From Octopus vulgaris (Eukaryota), in NCBI GenBank assembly GCA_951406725.2, contig OX597820.1, positions 45,570,001 through 45,634,000 on the forward strand: DNA of 64,000 nt, written 5' to 3'. The notes under the pieces were generated by a model. That model ran no database searches. It was given only the letters and a program-made list of their open reading frames with translations, and was not told where the DNA came from. The position numbers were made by a program, and so were the translations under genes. This document shows, piece after piece, positions 23,255-37,250 of the stretch. The first letter of the stretch is position 1. Every line of letters begins with the position of its first letter.

Positions 23255-23860
23255 TGGTGGTGGTTGTCTCCTCCTTATGCAGAGTTTGACCACCTCCTGT
23301 ACCTACACCTTAGAACCATCATGATATCTGATGTGGCTTTTTAAACCAGACAAGGTTTTGAAAAGACACCCACATAGTTTGCACATCCGATTTGGACTAC
23401 CAAGACCTGCAGATAAATTCTGCTCTTTGTGGATATTAAAATGTCTTTTGAGGCCTCCGTTAGATTCGCAAACCTTCTGGCATACACTGCATTCAAAGGT
23501 GTACACAGAGATATGGGCAGAATAGTTGGTGGAGGTTCGTTTTCTATGGTTTCACAAATGAGATTTCAGCCCAGCAGAAGAACAGCGTGGTATGTCACAA
23601 TCAGTGCACACAAAAAGGTCATTCTCATTCACCTTTTTGATTGTTACATTCTTCTTTAGATCTCTTTTGAGTCTAACATGCATTATACAGGCATCTTCAA
23701 ATGCTTTCACTCCACTCCACACTTCTGTTTGCCATCCAGCTCGATCCGAAGCAAGAGTTTCTATGCCGTCTAGATCCATTCCAAGTGACACGATAGTCCT
23801 TATTCCGTCTGTAAACTTAACTTTAGGTTTAAGCCATTGATGTTTCTCCTCTGCAGGATC
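23255..23860 (-). mobile_element. RTE-like 3' fragment ending in three C2H2 zinc fingers
   Basis: ETLASDRAGWQTEVWSGVKAFE, then CTDC..SSAGLKSHL, CSVCQKVCESNGGLKRHFNIH and [21 protein letters not shown]. Microsatellites on both sides. Confidence 0.75.
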
Positions 23861-24230
23861 ACAGATATATACACACACACACACACACAGATATATACAT
23901 ATGTGTGTGTGTGTATATATATATATATACATACATATACACACACATATACATACGCATACACATATACATACACATACATACACACATATATACACTC
24001 ATATACATGCACACACACACATATATAGAGGCGCAGGCGTGGCTGTATGGTAAGAAGCTTGTTTCCCAACCACATGGTTTCAGGATCAGCCCCACTTGAA
24101 CAAGTGTCATCTGCTATAGCCTCAGGCCAACGAAAGCCTTGCGAGTGGATTTGGTAGGCGGAAACTAAAAGAAGCTCATTGTATGTATGTATTTGTCCCC
24201 CAACCATTGCTTGACAACTGATATTGGTGT

Positions 24231-24615
24231 AATACAGTTCTATATTTAAGAGATGAGGAATTATGTACATTATTTACATTCGACGGGTATTTGTCCTCAT
24301 CTTCAGGTGTCTTGGGGAAATTTAAAATGTGGGCTCTCATTCCTAAGATATTTGTCGATAATCTTATTATTATCATTATTAGTATTATTATTGTTGTTTG
24401 GGTCACTGTTTGGAATCAAACTCGGAATCTTGGGGTTAGATTCTGAGTTTGATTCCAAGCAGTGACCCGAACAATAATAACAACATTGAAAAATAATTTA
24501 GGAATGAGAACCCAGGTTCAAATTTTCCCAAGACACCTGATGAAGGCTGGAGGGTATATCAGCTGAAACGTCTTAACAAACAAGAGGAGGACAAATATCC
24601 ATCGAATGTAAATAA
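24231..24615. mobile_element. Inverted pair of the same Penelope-like pLTR inserted in a SINE, with a 12-bp target duplication
   Basis: Arms about 24268-24430 and 24438-24617 are reverse complements and match 20700-20876. tgatattggtgt is repeated at 24219-24230 and 24616-24627. Confidence 0.82.
24532..24572 (+). ncRNA. Hammerhead motif, core intact, 3' strand of stem I eroded
   Basis: gacac CTGATGA a ggctg-gagggtatat-cagct GAAAC GTC. Confidence 0.65.
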
Positions 24616-25797
24616 TGATATTGGTGTGTTTACATCTCCATAACTTAGCAGTTCAGCAAAAGGGAGCATAGAATAAGTACTAGACTTACAAAGAATAAGT
24701 CCTGGGGTTGATTTCTTCAAAAACAGTGCTCCAGCATGCACGCAGTGAAATGAAAAACAAGAATAAAAGAATCATACATATACATACACGCACACACATA
24801 TACATACATATGTATCCATATATGTGTGTGTATCATCATCATCATTGTTTAAAGCAGACATTAAACGACGATGAGGATACACATATATACATACATGTAC
24901 ACACATACATATACACACACACAGATACATATACACACACACAGATACATATACACACATATATACATACATACACACAAACATATATACAGAGATACAT
25001 ATACACACATATATACATACATATATACACATATGCATACATATATACACATACATATATATATATATACACACACACAGACCTGTCTATATATATATAC
25101 ATACACACACACACACATACATATACATATGTATGCATACATACATACATACATTTATACATAACTATAGAGAGGTAGATGTGCATGCTGTTCTGTAAAC
25201 ATGACCAGATATAGGAAGTAATCAATATCATGGTGATTATATTGGTGAAGATATCAGTAAAATATTTCCATTATAAAAAGAAAAAAAAAATGACAATTTT
25301 ACAATTAATTATGTTATTTCAGTTTATTTGATTTTGTCATGAAATGGTAATTAGTGCTCAGTTACACTAGCAGCGCAGTCACAGAAACAACAGCAATAGG
25401 TCTCCTCTCATTACAGCAGCAGTTGTACCAATAGACAAACACTACAACAACAACAACCACAGATCCACAACTGCCATAAATACCACAAAGCCACACCGCA
25501 ACTATAAAAATAACCTTAAACCCACACTGCTGCCATAAGAAACCAAAGTAAATCTCACTACAGTTACAATCACAGACTTATACAGTGACTATAACAACTA
25601 CAAACCCATACTGACAACTCAACAATAATCACAAAGACACAGTGTGACTACAACAATCACAGGACCACACTGCCCCTACAACAATTAACTGAAGCCATAA
25701 TTGCAACAACTGTCACGGTTCAATTGCCTGTAAGACTCCGATTCACAGAGGTCATTACTGTGTTGGCCTCTCTTTTGATAGGATTTTTGATGTACAA

Positions 25798-27045
25798 CAT
25801 CATCATCAACATTTAACGTCTGCTTTCCATGCCGGCATGGGTTGGACGGTTTAATAGAGGACTGGTGAGCCAGAAGGCTGCACCAGGTTCAATCTGACCT
25901 GGCAAAGCTTCTACAGCTGGATGCACTTCCTAATGCCAACCACTCTGTAGTGGTTGCTTTTACGCGCCAGTCAGGCGGTTCTGGCAATAACCAAGATCAA
26001 AAGGTGTTTTTTACGTGCTACATGCACAGGAGCCAGTCCAGCAGCACTGGCAACGACCACGCTCGAATGTTGCTTTTCACATGCCACCAGCACATGCCAG
26101 TAAGGCAACGCTGGAATTGATCATGCTCAAATGATGCTTTTTACATGCCACTGGCACAGGAGCCAATCCATGGCCCCGGCAACGATCACGCTTGGATGTG
26201 CTTTTAACATTCCACTGGCACAAGTGCCAATCAGGCAGTACTGTCATCGGCCATGTCAGTAATTTTGATTTTGATTTCACTTGCCTCAATAGGTCTTTGC
26301 AAACAAAGTTTATTGTCCAATGAATGAAGGGGCTTGGCACAGTTTATTGTCCAATGAATGAAGCTTGGCACATTTATTGTCCAATGAATGAAGTGGGCTT
26401 GGCACAGGCCACAGGCTATGGTCTCACTTAGCTTGTCAGGCCTTCTCAAGCACAGAATATCTCCAAAGGTTTCGGTCACTAGTCATTGCCTCAGTAAGGC
26501 CCAATATTCGAAGGTTGCGCTTCACCACCTCATCCCAGGTCTTCCTGAATCTACCTCTTTCACAGGTTCCCTCAACTGCTGGGGTGTGACACCTTTCCAC
26601 ACAGCTGTCCTCATTCATTAGCAACTCATGACCATACCAGCGCAGTCGTCTCTCTTGCACGCCACATCTGATGCTTCTTAAATCCAACTTTCCTCTCCAG
26701 GTGCTTACACTCTGTTGTGTATGCACACTGACATTATACATCCAGTGGAGCATACTGGGTTCATTTATTGCAAGCTTACGCATGTCTTCAGCAGTCACGG
26801 CCTATGTTTCACTGCCATGTAGCATGACTGTTTGTACACATGCATCATACAGTCTACCTTTTACTCTGAGTGAGAGGCCCTTTGTCACTAGCAGAGGTAG
26901 GAGCTCTCTGAACTTTGTCCAAGCTATTCTTATTCTAGCAGCTACACTTTCAGAGCATCCACCTTGGCTACTGACTTGGTCCCCTAGGTAACGGAAGTTA
27001 TCAACTACTTTAGTTTTTCTCCCTAGAATGTGACAGAAGCTGTTC
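25798..27045 (-). mobile_element. Older, degenerate copy of the 5679-9170 RTE family (3' part)
   Basis: MTAEDMRKL...VQERRLRWYGH...RKTWDEVVK, the same 3' UTR, and a (GAT)n remnant at about 25800. Contains a 32-33-bp triple repeat at about 26309-26405. Confidence 0.92.
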
Positions 27046-29680
27046 TCTACACCACTAACATAATCCTTCTTTTGATTTCTTTTCTAGGTTGGCAGGTTGG
27101 GTTGGACAGAGCTGTAAATTCTTAGGAAATTTCTTTTTAAGGTATTGATAATGGCCACTTTAATGTTGCTGTCCTTTAAGAGACAATGGTACTGCTATTT
27201 TAACACCAAGAAGACATCTCCTCCAGCTGGTTTATTCAGTGCACTTATTGCACTCATTATTTATTGTAAGTGGGAGATAACTCATGGCACCCTAGCTCTG
27301 AGACCACAAGACCACATGGATCTCCTCGGACATGGGCACTTGTTTGCCAGGCATGACAGCAGTTTAACCTCACTTACAAAATATAGAAAACAGTGTCATT
27401 AGTTTCCAAATTCCTAAATTTCTTTTTGTTCTTTTCTAAACATCAACCATAACATCAGTTTGCAGACTAAATAGATACATACCAAATAGACTAGGACTGT
27501 GGACAACTGACCTTGTCTGGCATATAGTCACGTAACCAATGACGATGCTTTAACTAACAACCTGTCACTCAATAAATCAGCAATTTAGCCAATTTGTTGT
27601 TAACTTCTGCAACTGATATACAGCAATGAATGCACCTTTTTGGTCATTATCTGGTATGATGAAAATGTACTGAACACTACCATTTTCTGGTGCCTTGCTA
27701 TTCTTAACATGGGCAGATAAGCTTGAATTGTCAGAGATGCATGTTTATAAAATGAATGTGCATAATGTCTTTCTGTGTATATATATATATATATAGTGTC
27801 TGTAATGTTCATGTGTACATTCATAGAGTGTGTATGAGTATGTGTATTTGTTTTGTGTACATGAGAGAGAGAGAGAAACACAACTTTACAAAGGAGGTCT
27901 AATCAGACGAAACAAGTACCAAGTTGTCTTTCATGCAAGTTAGGATAATTAAAATATTAGTCAATGACTAATACTTTCTCTCACCACATATTCATAAATT
28001 ATTACATTAAATATCTTAACTCCCAGACAATAGATATAACTATGTTAATTTTATTTATTACTATGGCCAGGTTCCAACTTGGGCCATCATCTTTAGCCCT
28101 TCAATAGCTTAATACTGACAGGAGTCACATACTCCTCCTACAGAGTGCATTTCTTCATTAGTAGAAACAAGATCTTCGGTGAGACAGAAATTGCATACCA
28201 CCTACCCCCAATTCAAGGCTGGGATTCTTTTTAGCATTGAGGTATGTTTGGTCCGGGATTGTTTATTTCTATATTCACAGCTAACCTTCACATCTGAAGG
28301 CCGTGCCCCAATCCACCACCTTAGGACCAGGTGGATGAAAGTTTTTTCTCCACATGAGAGGCTGCCAGATGATTTGGTTCAGTCCTCTCCAACAACTACC
28401 TTAGGGGACCTCCCCCTGGATTTTCTGTAGGTGTTCAATCTCTTAAACTTTCACATTCACATGTGTATAAGCAGGAAAGAAACAAAACTATGTTATGTGT
28501 TTAATGTTCAGTTTCCTACAGTGCTACAAAGCTATCTACAATATATAACAGATCATCATGGATTGCTACCTGTGATTGACTATGTTGGTTGTTGCTGATG
28601 TTGTTCAGACTCAAGTTAGCCTTGATTCAGTAAATCTTCTGATCAAATTTTAGTGGTTGATGGGAGAAATAAAGGCTGAGATTGATTCATAGAGTGATGT
28701 AATCACTGGATGCAAGAGATGGATATTCAAGTCATTGAGGACATGTAAGAGGAAGAGAGTCTGAGCTGTTAAAGTGATGAGTTCAAAGACAAAGTAGGAG
28801 AGAACAGTCATAGAGGTAGAAATCAGAACTGAATTCATGCTGGTAGTTGGTGAGTAAGGGATAATGAAGGCTGACTCATCTCATAAATGACTCCACTGTG
28901 TAGAGCCATCAATGTGAAGCTGTAAAGATAGATGTAAAAGAGCAGTAGGATCTCCAGGTACAATATATTAGGACTTTATACAGAATTAACTGATCTGGGA
29001 TGAAGATGGAGAGAGAACATAAAATAAATTGAACAATAAAAAAATGAAATGTGTAGTACAAACAAGATAGTATAAGGTCAGTTCTGCTGTGTTTCCATTG
29101 CCCTAAACAACAATGACATAACATGAAAGTATCTACGAAATTGCTCAGTATGCAAGAAATAACAGTCAATTTCCCCTCAAATTACACCATACTGTCATTA
29201 AAACAAGAACACACTGGATATTGTAGTTCTAAATGTACTAAATCTGAAAGTAAGACAGAGTGGGGGTGGTCATAACTAGAATGCCCTTGACTGTGGAGCT
29301 ACTTGGTCAAGGCTAATATGAAGCAAACAATAACCTAATATTGAAATATTCTGATTCCAACTAATGAGGTCGAAGACTGGGTGAAACATTTTAAAACACA
29401 TGTACACACATACATGATATGTATATCCCAGCATGACCACAGCCTCAGGGCTAAAAAGAATAGAACAGAGGCTATAAACAGCAGCCAAACCACCCTTGAC
29501 TCTTAAGCATTCAGATTTCTCTGTCAACTCTAATGGTGAATTAATCATGCATTATCTTGTAGCTTTGAGATTCTGATAATGTGACTATTTTTTAGAATGA
29601 CAATGTAGAATAGGTGTGACATGCTGGATCTGACCAGTTTGAACATAAAATAGGCAGAATATTTTGGTTAGATATGGTCA

Positions 29681-30091
29681 AAATCAAAATCAATCAACAT
29701 CAATGGAAATTGTAGCTGTGATACCAGTGCCGGTGGCATGTAAGAGAACCATCCGAACATGGCCGTTGCCAGCACCACCCCAACTCGCCTCCGTGCCGTT
29801 GGCACGTAAAAGGCACTATCCGATCATGGTCATTGCCAGCCTCGCCTGGCCTCCATGCCGCACATAAAAAGCACCATCCGATCGTGGCTGTTTGCCAGCC
29901 TCGTCTGGCATGTAAAAAGCACCCACTACACTCAAGGAGTGGTTGGCATTAGGAAGGGCATCCAGCTGTAGAAACACTGCCAGATCAGACTGGGCCTGGT
30001 GCAGCCTTCTGGCTTCCCAGACCCCAGTTGAACCTTTCAACCCATGCTAGCATGGAAAGCGGACGCTAAACGATGATGATGATGATGATGA
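29681..30091 (+). mobile_element. RTE 3'-UTR insertion nested in a piggyBac-type MITE
   Basis: Same UTR and (GAT)n tail. atggtca is duplicated at 29674-29680 and 30091-30097, and the MITE resumes afterwards. Confidence 0.88.
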
Positions 30092-33000
30092 TGGTCAGTT
30101 TAAATACGAGTGGGTTAAACCAAGCCCATTCATCTTTAAAAAGTGCACAACTGAAACAGTGTCTTATATAAACTGACTGGATAAAAAGAGAAAAAGAGAC
30201 AAACTGGTCTTAGCTGAGACACTTTCAGTTTGTTGGATTAGGGCAGAGCCAGAGATAAATAACAACATAAACAGACATACAATATGCCTTAGTCACACAT
30301 AAAGACATTTTATTATAGACCGTCAACATGCCCAACCATAATGTATGTACATACACAAACACTTTACTATACATTACATACAGACCTCAGACACCAACAA
30401 CAACCAATTCCACAACCATTGCCAAAGCAATAAGCTCTACCATCACAGTCATTAAAATTATTCCAATTTTAGCCAGTCAGTAACTTCACCAAAATAATAT
30501 CCTTTTGTAATCTATCAGATTTTAATCAAATAAATTTATTAAAATAGATAATAACAAATGAACAAAGTGAAACAAGGAAAAAAATGAAAACAAAAACTAA
30601 TATATATTCAAAACAAAACAAGAGAAAGTATAGTGAAGGGCTTGCAATTTCGGGAAGCTGTAATTAACATTCTCAGCATACAATCAGCCATTTCGGAAAT
30701 AACAGTCAATTCTCTATTGCAGACAAGTAGCAAGGAAATGAAAAGATTACAAGCAGGAACAACCAACACCAAGATTGGTGCTACAATACACAGTGTTGTG
30801 GTAATATAATAACCGGTTGATGGTGTACATCTATTTCTGGGTCGCAGCACAGGAAGTGACCAGTGATATAGTATATTGATTTCTTAAAAATAGGCACAAG
30901 AGTAAAAGCAAAATGGTCAAGTGGTTGATGATGGGAATTAGTATTGGGCTTGTACTAGTGTGTATGTCTTGAGTTCAAGTCCTGGTTGGAGTGTTTTAGA
31001 AAATGCAAAAAACACAAATGATTTCTACAGTGCTTTAAGTTCACTTAAAATATGAACCTGCAAATATATCTTAGTTTTTTCTTTATGACAAACTGAATCA
31101 TTCAAAAAAATGTGGAAAAATATTGTAGGAAGCTAGTGTATGTATCCTACGCTTTTTTAATCTATATTCTTCCTTGATTGAGAGCTCCAACTGAAAATAT
31201 TAAAATTCTTATCACAGCACACATTTTGTTTAGATTCTTGTTTGTTGCACATAGTCCATTTTCTTTTATTCCTAGAACAAAATGTTATTGGGTAAAAAAT
31301 TAGGTGTACTTCAGGATTAAACTCAGGTGTAGAAGTCACTGAATGTGAATACCTTAGAGTAATTAAATATGACACAATTTCTTTTAAAGTAAATCTCTCT
31401 TCCATTGCCTATTCAAAACCATCTCTCTCTCTCCTTTATTTTCAACAGTATCAAGTGCCAAAATATATACTGAAGAATCAAAGATACCATGTCTAAATGA
31501 AGTCCACTTTTGCTACCAACACCCTTAAAATATACAAACTGACAAGCTGGGTGTCACACTGACCTTCACACTACAGGATACCAATGAAGTATATCTACTG
31601 TACATGAGTCTATCATGTCAAACCTCAATATATATGACAACAATTTCTTCAGTACACTAAGCTTGCTTGAATATAGAACTAACAACAATTTTAATAATTG
31701 TCAACGGATGAATGAGCTAATCCCATTTCTTAAGTATATGGTGGGTATTGTACAAAGAGTAAGAACGAGAAGGTAAGAGAATAAGAGAGAGGAGTGGAAG
31801 GAGAGATTATCTCTGTTGCTTCACATTTATTTTTTCACCTGCTTTTCTGGGTAGGATAATTTGCTGTTGGAGCGAATGTCTTGCTGCTTACCAATCAATT
31901 TTTAGATGAAAATGCAACTCCACCTTGTATATTTTTCTTGTTTTTTAGACAAACTGGAGTAGAGCTATATCTCTTATTATCCAGGGGAAGAAGGAAGGCA
32001 AGACAGTGTGCTATAGTGAGAATTGAACTTGTGACAATGTAGTCATTAGCTCTTCACCTAACCCTTTATAAAATGAGCCAATTATTCCTAACACTAGTAA
32101 CAGCCTAACCATCTGATCCAGTTTTCTTGTGGCATCACATCAGTGAGAGATATAACGATACCCATGTATCGACAATAAGTCCCAGTCCTTACCTCTAGAC
32201 AAAAGAGGTACCACCAGGAGGTACATGTAAATGCAGTACACAAGGACTCTGTACAATTTACAAGTGATTGCTGAACTCAAATCCATTCAATGAACAAAAC
32301 GCCTGCAGAAAGGGAGAGGGGTTGATAGGAAAAGAATAAACTATAGCAATGAAACAGAAGCTCATGAGAGGTGCTATTACATACTAAAACATCCTTAGCC
32401 TCATATATCTACATCAGATCAACAAACAAATTTAGTAACATAGGGCAGTCAGCACACAAGTAGCAAAATATATCAAGTATGTCTTCACTGTGTGTGCTGT
32501 GTATGTATGCATATATTGTGTTGTGCTGCATGTGTTGTATGAAAGAGAGAGAGAGAAAACATTTATATAAATACCAGCACCTTACACAAGCTTTATATGT
32601 TGTACACATGCATATGTGTTCAAGGTGTTAGTATCTTAACATGTATGTAGCATACGAGTGTACGTGGTTACAACTGAACTGCAAACATGCTTAACAAATT
32701 ATGCCATCAATTGTTTAAAATGTCATCTTAACCAGAAAAATCAGACAAGCTTGGTGGCCTCTGTTCAAATAACATGCTACTTTGCCCCTTACTGAATTAA
32801 CAGTAATCTTGCTGTGCTCAAACAGGTACAAGATTAGGTATTCTTAATCATCTCTTATGTTGTTATTTTTAACAATTTTACATCAAACTAGTATTGGAGG
32901 TTAATTGGATAATTTTATTATTTCTTATATAGGAACTAAGATATTCATATGATTCACATATTTGGAGTATTTTTATAGCTGGATGTCTGACTTTTTCTTA

Positions 33001-33257
33001 GTATTGAGTAATCAAATGTGATGTGGGAGTGATGATATAGTTTGACAATACTGTTGCAGAGCTAAAGCCAACAATAGCTAGAACAAGATTTCAATTCATA
33101 AACAAGGAGCTTGAAGTTTTGTACCACAACATCATAGTAACTGAACCCATATTAAAATAAACTTCCATGATAGCCCTTTCCACCACTTCACCCCATAGTG
33201 AGCCATTACACATTAGCTGTAGGAAAATTTGAACTATTTCACCATCAATATAGTTAC

Positions 33258-35207
33258 TTAACTCTTTAGTGTTCAGATTAATTTGTCAAATGTAATGCTT
33301 ATCTGTTCACATTAATTTTGGTTTATTCAGGTTCAAGTGGGGTGTCCACAATATTTGCTTTTAACTTTGTTAATTTTCTACATGCAGATTTGAAATTTTG
33401 TAAATGGGTGCTTATATGCTAGTGGTTTATAGTTACCTAATTTTAGCTGATCTTTCTGATTAAATTTGACTTTTATGGGCAGGTAAATTTAATTAACAGG
33501 TGTAAAACAATAACATTGTGAATAAACACTAAAATTCATATTCTTAATACATCATTACCTGTTTGATACTAAAACTATCCCAGATGTCAACCGCCAACAA
33601 TTTTGTTTTTCAAGATGAGGTACATTTATTTGTATTAATTAAAATACAGGTGTAATCGGTACAGGATTTTATTGTTTCTCTATATTTCATTCAAACATTT
33701 TCATTGAAAATAATGTACAAAACTCTTTTACTAGTCAATATACCATTGGCTATGTACTCTCATACAATTTAATTAATTCATTTACTTAATAGAATGCATC
33801 TAATAAAAAAAGCTCATTAACAGGTGAGACAAAGGTGAATACAGGTGTGTAACATACTGAAAATTAATATGTATTTCTCACTTTCACAAATTATTTATAA
33901 TAAAATGAAAAGGAATATATGATAAAATAATATAGTTATGACATATTTCTGTGATGAAACTGCCCAAAGCACCCTTTACACAAGGGCACTTTGCAAAAGG
34001 AACACATATACGAAGTCTCAATCTGATACTTTTTTGCAGCGAACACAGCCTGCAAACTTTTTGTTTCTTCGATTTATCTTTTCAACTTTATGAAAGTCAA
34101 TATTTTCTCTGTTGACATCCACCTCAGTTAATTTTGTTTTTCTTCCAGTTCTGTGCTTTCTAGAAGAAAAGCCCTCCCATAACTGAGATGCGATGTCAAC
34201 CAGAAATTTTAAATGGGGTAAACCTTTATGGTTGCCCATAACAGTATTGCACATGTAAATACTTACATGAGCAAGATTTTCTCCCAAAGCCACTGAAGGA
34301 AAAAAAAAAACCGGTCAAAATAGGTGTCGGTGCTGAAGGTGAAATGGTTCAGTAAAAGACCATACTACATCATGTCCCAATCCATATGGTCTGTTTCCAT
34401 TATATTTTTTACCTGTGTAAACATCAAAGTTAACACAATATCCAGTGTCTGATTCACAAACTTCCCATACATGTAAATACTGAGATATTTTCAAATGCCT
34501 CGTCTTCGACATTATACATGAGATATACGGATCGCCATACTTTATATGAGGACTCCAGTAATTCCACAGTCAAGGAAGCTGTTTAACACCAAACATAATA
34601 TTGATTGTGAAGAACGCTCTCAATTCCACAGTATAAGTTGGCTGCCATAGTGGATTGTTTCTTCCGTGAATAGAAATTATACATTGCGCATATTTGTTAG
34701 TTTCCTCTGAAACATTTTCAAAAAAACTTTCCGGTAAAAATGAAAATAGATAGTCCAATGTGGACCAGTGTTTTCTGTGAAATCAAGAATAATGTTTGGT
34801 GTTTGACCAGGTTGCCATGTTTACGATATCATTTTCATCACTTTTGTTCTCAAAATCTTCCTCGTCTGACGAATATTCACTAATATCGATATCAGATCCG
34901 TTCGATGACAAAATACTCTTGTTTTCATTTATATTTTCTATATCGTCAAGAGTAAAACCTTCAAAGTCGGAATTGCTTCTTGCTGACAACATTTCATTAA
35001 AAACTAAGGTATAAACTTCTCTTCAAACGTTGAAAAACCATGTGGTCTAAACATTTTCACAGTATTTATACTTGAATAAAGGCAGGAAAGGCTTCATTTC
35101 GCATTATCTCAAAGCTAAGAGAATTCAATAACGTGATTTGTTTTTTTGTTTTTTTAGCAATTTTGTAGAGCAGTTGTGGATATGGCCGGATTTTGCCAGT
35201 GTGAACA
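33258..35207 (-). mobile_element. Fossil piggyBac DNA transposon with internally deleted transposase
   Basis: Acidic N-terminus SDFEGF, F...SEETNKYA, ELRAFF.I.I.FGVKQLP, CESDTGYCVNFDVYTGK, RHLF-DRFF, and a Cys-rich tail CVRC...CSFCKVPLC..CF..FH. TTAA-bounded terminus at 33258. Confidence 0.88.
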
Positions 35208-35249
35208 CTTTCTATTCATTACTCTCAAATGAGGGTGTGTGTGTGTGTA

Positions 35250-35286
<37 letters not shown>

Positions 35287-36059
35287 CACATTCAGAATTT
35301 CCCATGTTGGCATTGGCTATTCAGGCCTATTGTACATCATTCCCAATTACCTCAAGCTTTAATCATTTCATGGAGGAGCCCAGTAGTCTAAAAACTGATC
35401 TTGCTATGTTTTGTGTTCTGCTATGACTACCTTCTACTTATAGTACACAACATTTTTTTTCCACCAAGCACTCACTTCCATATCACATGTCTAGCTTATC
35501 AGTCAGTTCTCTTGATATCAATTAATGCCAGCCATTCACTTAGCTCACATGTGCTCAACCTGTTACACAGTTAACATCACAGATCTTGCTTCATTTCTTT
35601 CCAGCCTCTGACAACCTTTTCTCCATATTTAGTTCTCATGAAAATGTACTCACAGCTCATCTTTAGAATAAATTGAATCCTAAGCATGGATTAAATGCTT
35701 AAAGGTTCTCACCCCGTCCTCTCTCTCAATATGTGTGTATATGCAAATAATTTTCAGATTGATTACATGAGAAATTTTCTAGTTTTGCAATATCTGAGAC
35801 CAGACTTAGAGCCCTTAAACAACTAATGGACATCAGGAACCAACAGGGAGTTTCTACATGGTCACTCAACCATCTAAAAATATTAACCAAATCTCCCTCA
35901 AATCACATCTTACTATCTGTAAAGAAAAAAAAAGTAAAAAAATATGTAAAAATCACTGATGATCTTAAACAAATTGACAGAAGAGCTAATATGTAACAGG
36001 TGCACAGTAGTTAGCAGTTGGAATGTCAACAAAGTTTTATCTTTCTAATGCTCAGAAGA

Positions 36060-36790
36060 ATAGTTACAAGCAGTTGACAAGTTTCTGACATCCACGTAAC
36101 CTAACCAACAGTTGAAGTGAATATTGTGAAAGTAAAGTAGCTAGAGTTAGAATGGGATGGAAAAAGTTTAGGAAATTACTACCTCTGTTGGAAACAAAAG
36201 ATTTCTCAATCTGAGTTAAAAGTAGATTGTGTATAGTTGTTATGAAACGCAATATTAAATGGTAGTTAGTTAGTCAAATGCAGATGTATGAACCATTTGT
36301 TGAATGTATGTCAGTATGCATGGACAGAGCAAAGGAGAGATGAGAGAGGTAAATAAACAGGCATCAGAGGAATCAGTTGTAGTATACAAGAGAGAAGACT
36401 ATATAGATAAAACATATGAAGGGTGCCAGCTGGGTGAAGAAGAGACAAATGACTAATGTAGAAAGAGATTGCAAAAAAAGGAAGATATGCAAAAATGTGA
36501 TTCTAATTGACCTACAGCAAATTGTGAGATACAGTGATAGAACAGACATGTCCAACTTATCCCAGAACAGGAAAATTAATACCTGTTGTAAATAGGTTTC
36601 ACACCAGATGGCTGGATGTGATTAAGGAAGGTCTCCAGAGGCTCAACATCACCTTGGAGAATGCAGAGGGGCTGGTATGTGACTGCCAGCAATGGTGAAC
36701 GCTGGTGGACCTGATCAGTTCTATGCATGATGATGTCTCTAGGACCATTGACCCGATATGACCCCAGCTCTATCGAGCAAGAGCAGAAGC
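36060..36790 (+). mobile_element. Degenerate RTE fragments (two adjacent pieces)
   Basis: RVRMGWKKFRKLLPLL at about 36145. RWLDVIKEGLQRLNITLENAE at about 36605. Confidence 0.6.
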
Positions 36791-37250
36791 AGAGCAGAGT
36801 AGAGGAGAGAGAAGTGATAATACATTATCACTAACATCACCATTTAATGTCCATTTTCCATGCTGGCATGCGTTAGTGAACCACAAGGCAGCACAAAGTT
36901 CCAGTATCCGCTTTGGCATGGTTTTTGTGGCTGGATATCTGCCTTAGTGCCAACCACAGTGTGTATGCTCACATACATCTTAATTCCTCTCATTGCCTCT
37001 TCTACAGTACCCACAACTTCTGCATCTCTGAGCTAAGTTGTTTTATACACTCACTCCTGACTGATTACTTAGCTGGCTCGAGCCTTCTTCCACAAAGTAG
37101 CAACAACATCAGCCTACAAATGTTCAAACTTATTAATTGTAATCTCACTAGTCTATGATAGTCTAGGGTTGCCTAACAAATCCATTCACAAAGCTTTGGG
37201 TCAGTCTAAATTGCCCTGTTGACAGATCACTGGTGTGTCATTGTAGGACT

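Larger units (their letters stand above)
24030..24765 (+). mobile_element. Second tRNA-SINE family, here interrupted by the Penelope-like insert
   Basis: ggcgcaggcgtggctgtatggtaagaagcttgtttcccaaccacatggtt head. Copies at about 240-385, 39040-39200, 53650-53810 (+) and 1900-2050, 15635-16045, 42665-43060, 48450-48808, 50212-50540, 61205-61365 (-). Confidence 0.88.

Noticed and set aside
22777-25231. Many Y/I/H/T/C/V-rich ORFs (also 51505-52208 and 55247-55573)
   Set aside because: Translations of TA/CA microsatellites.
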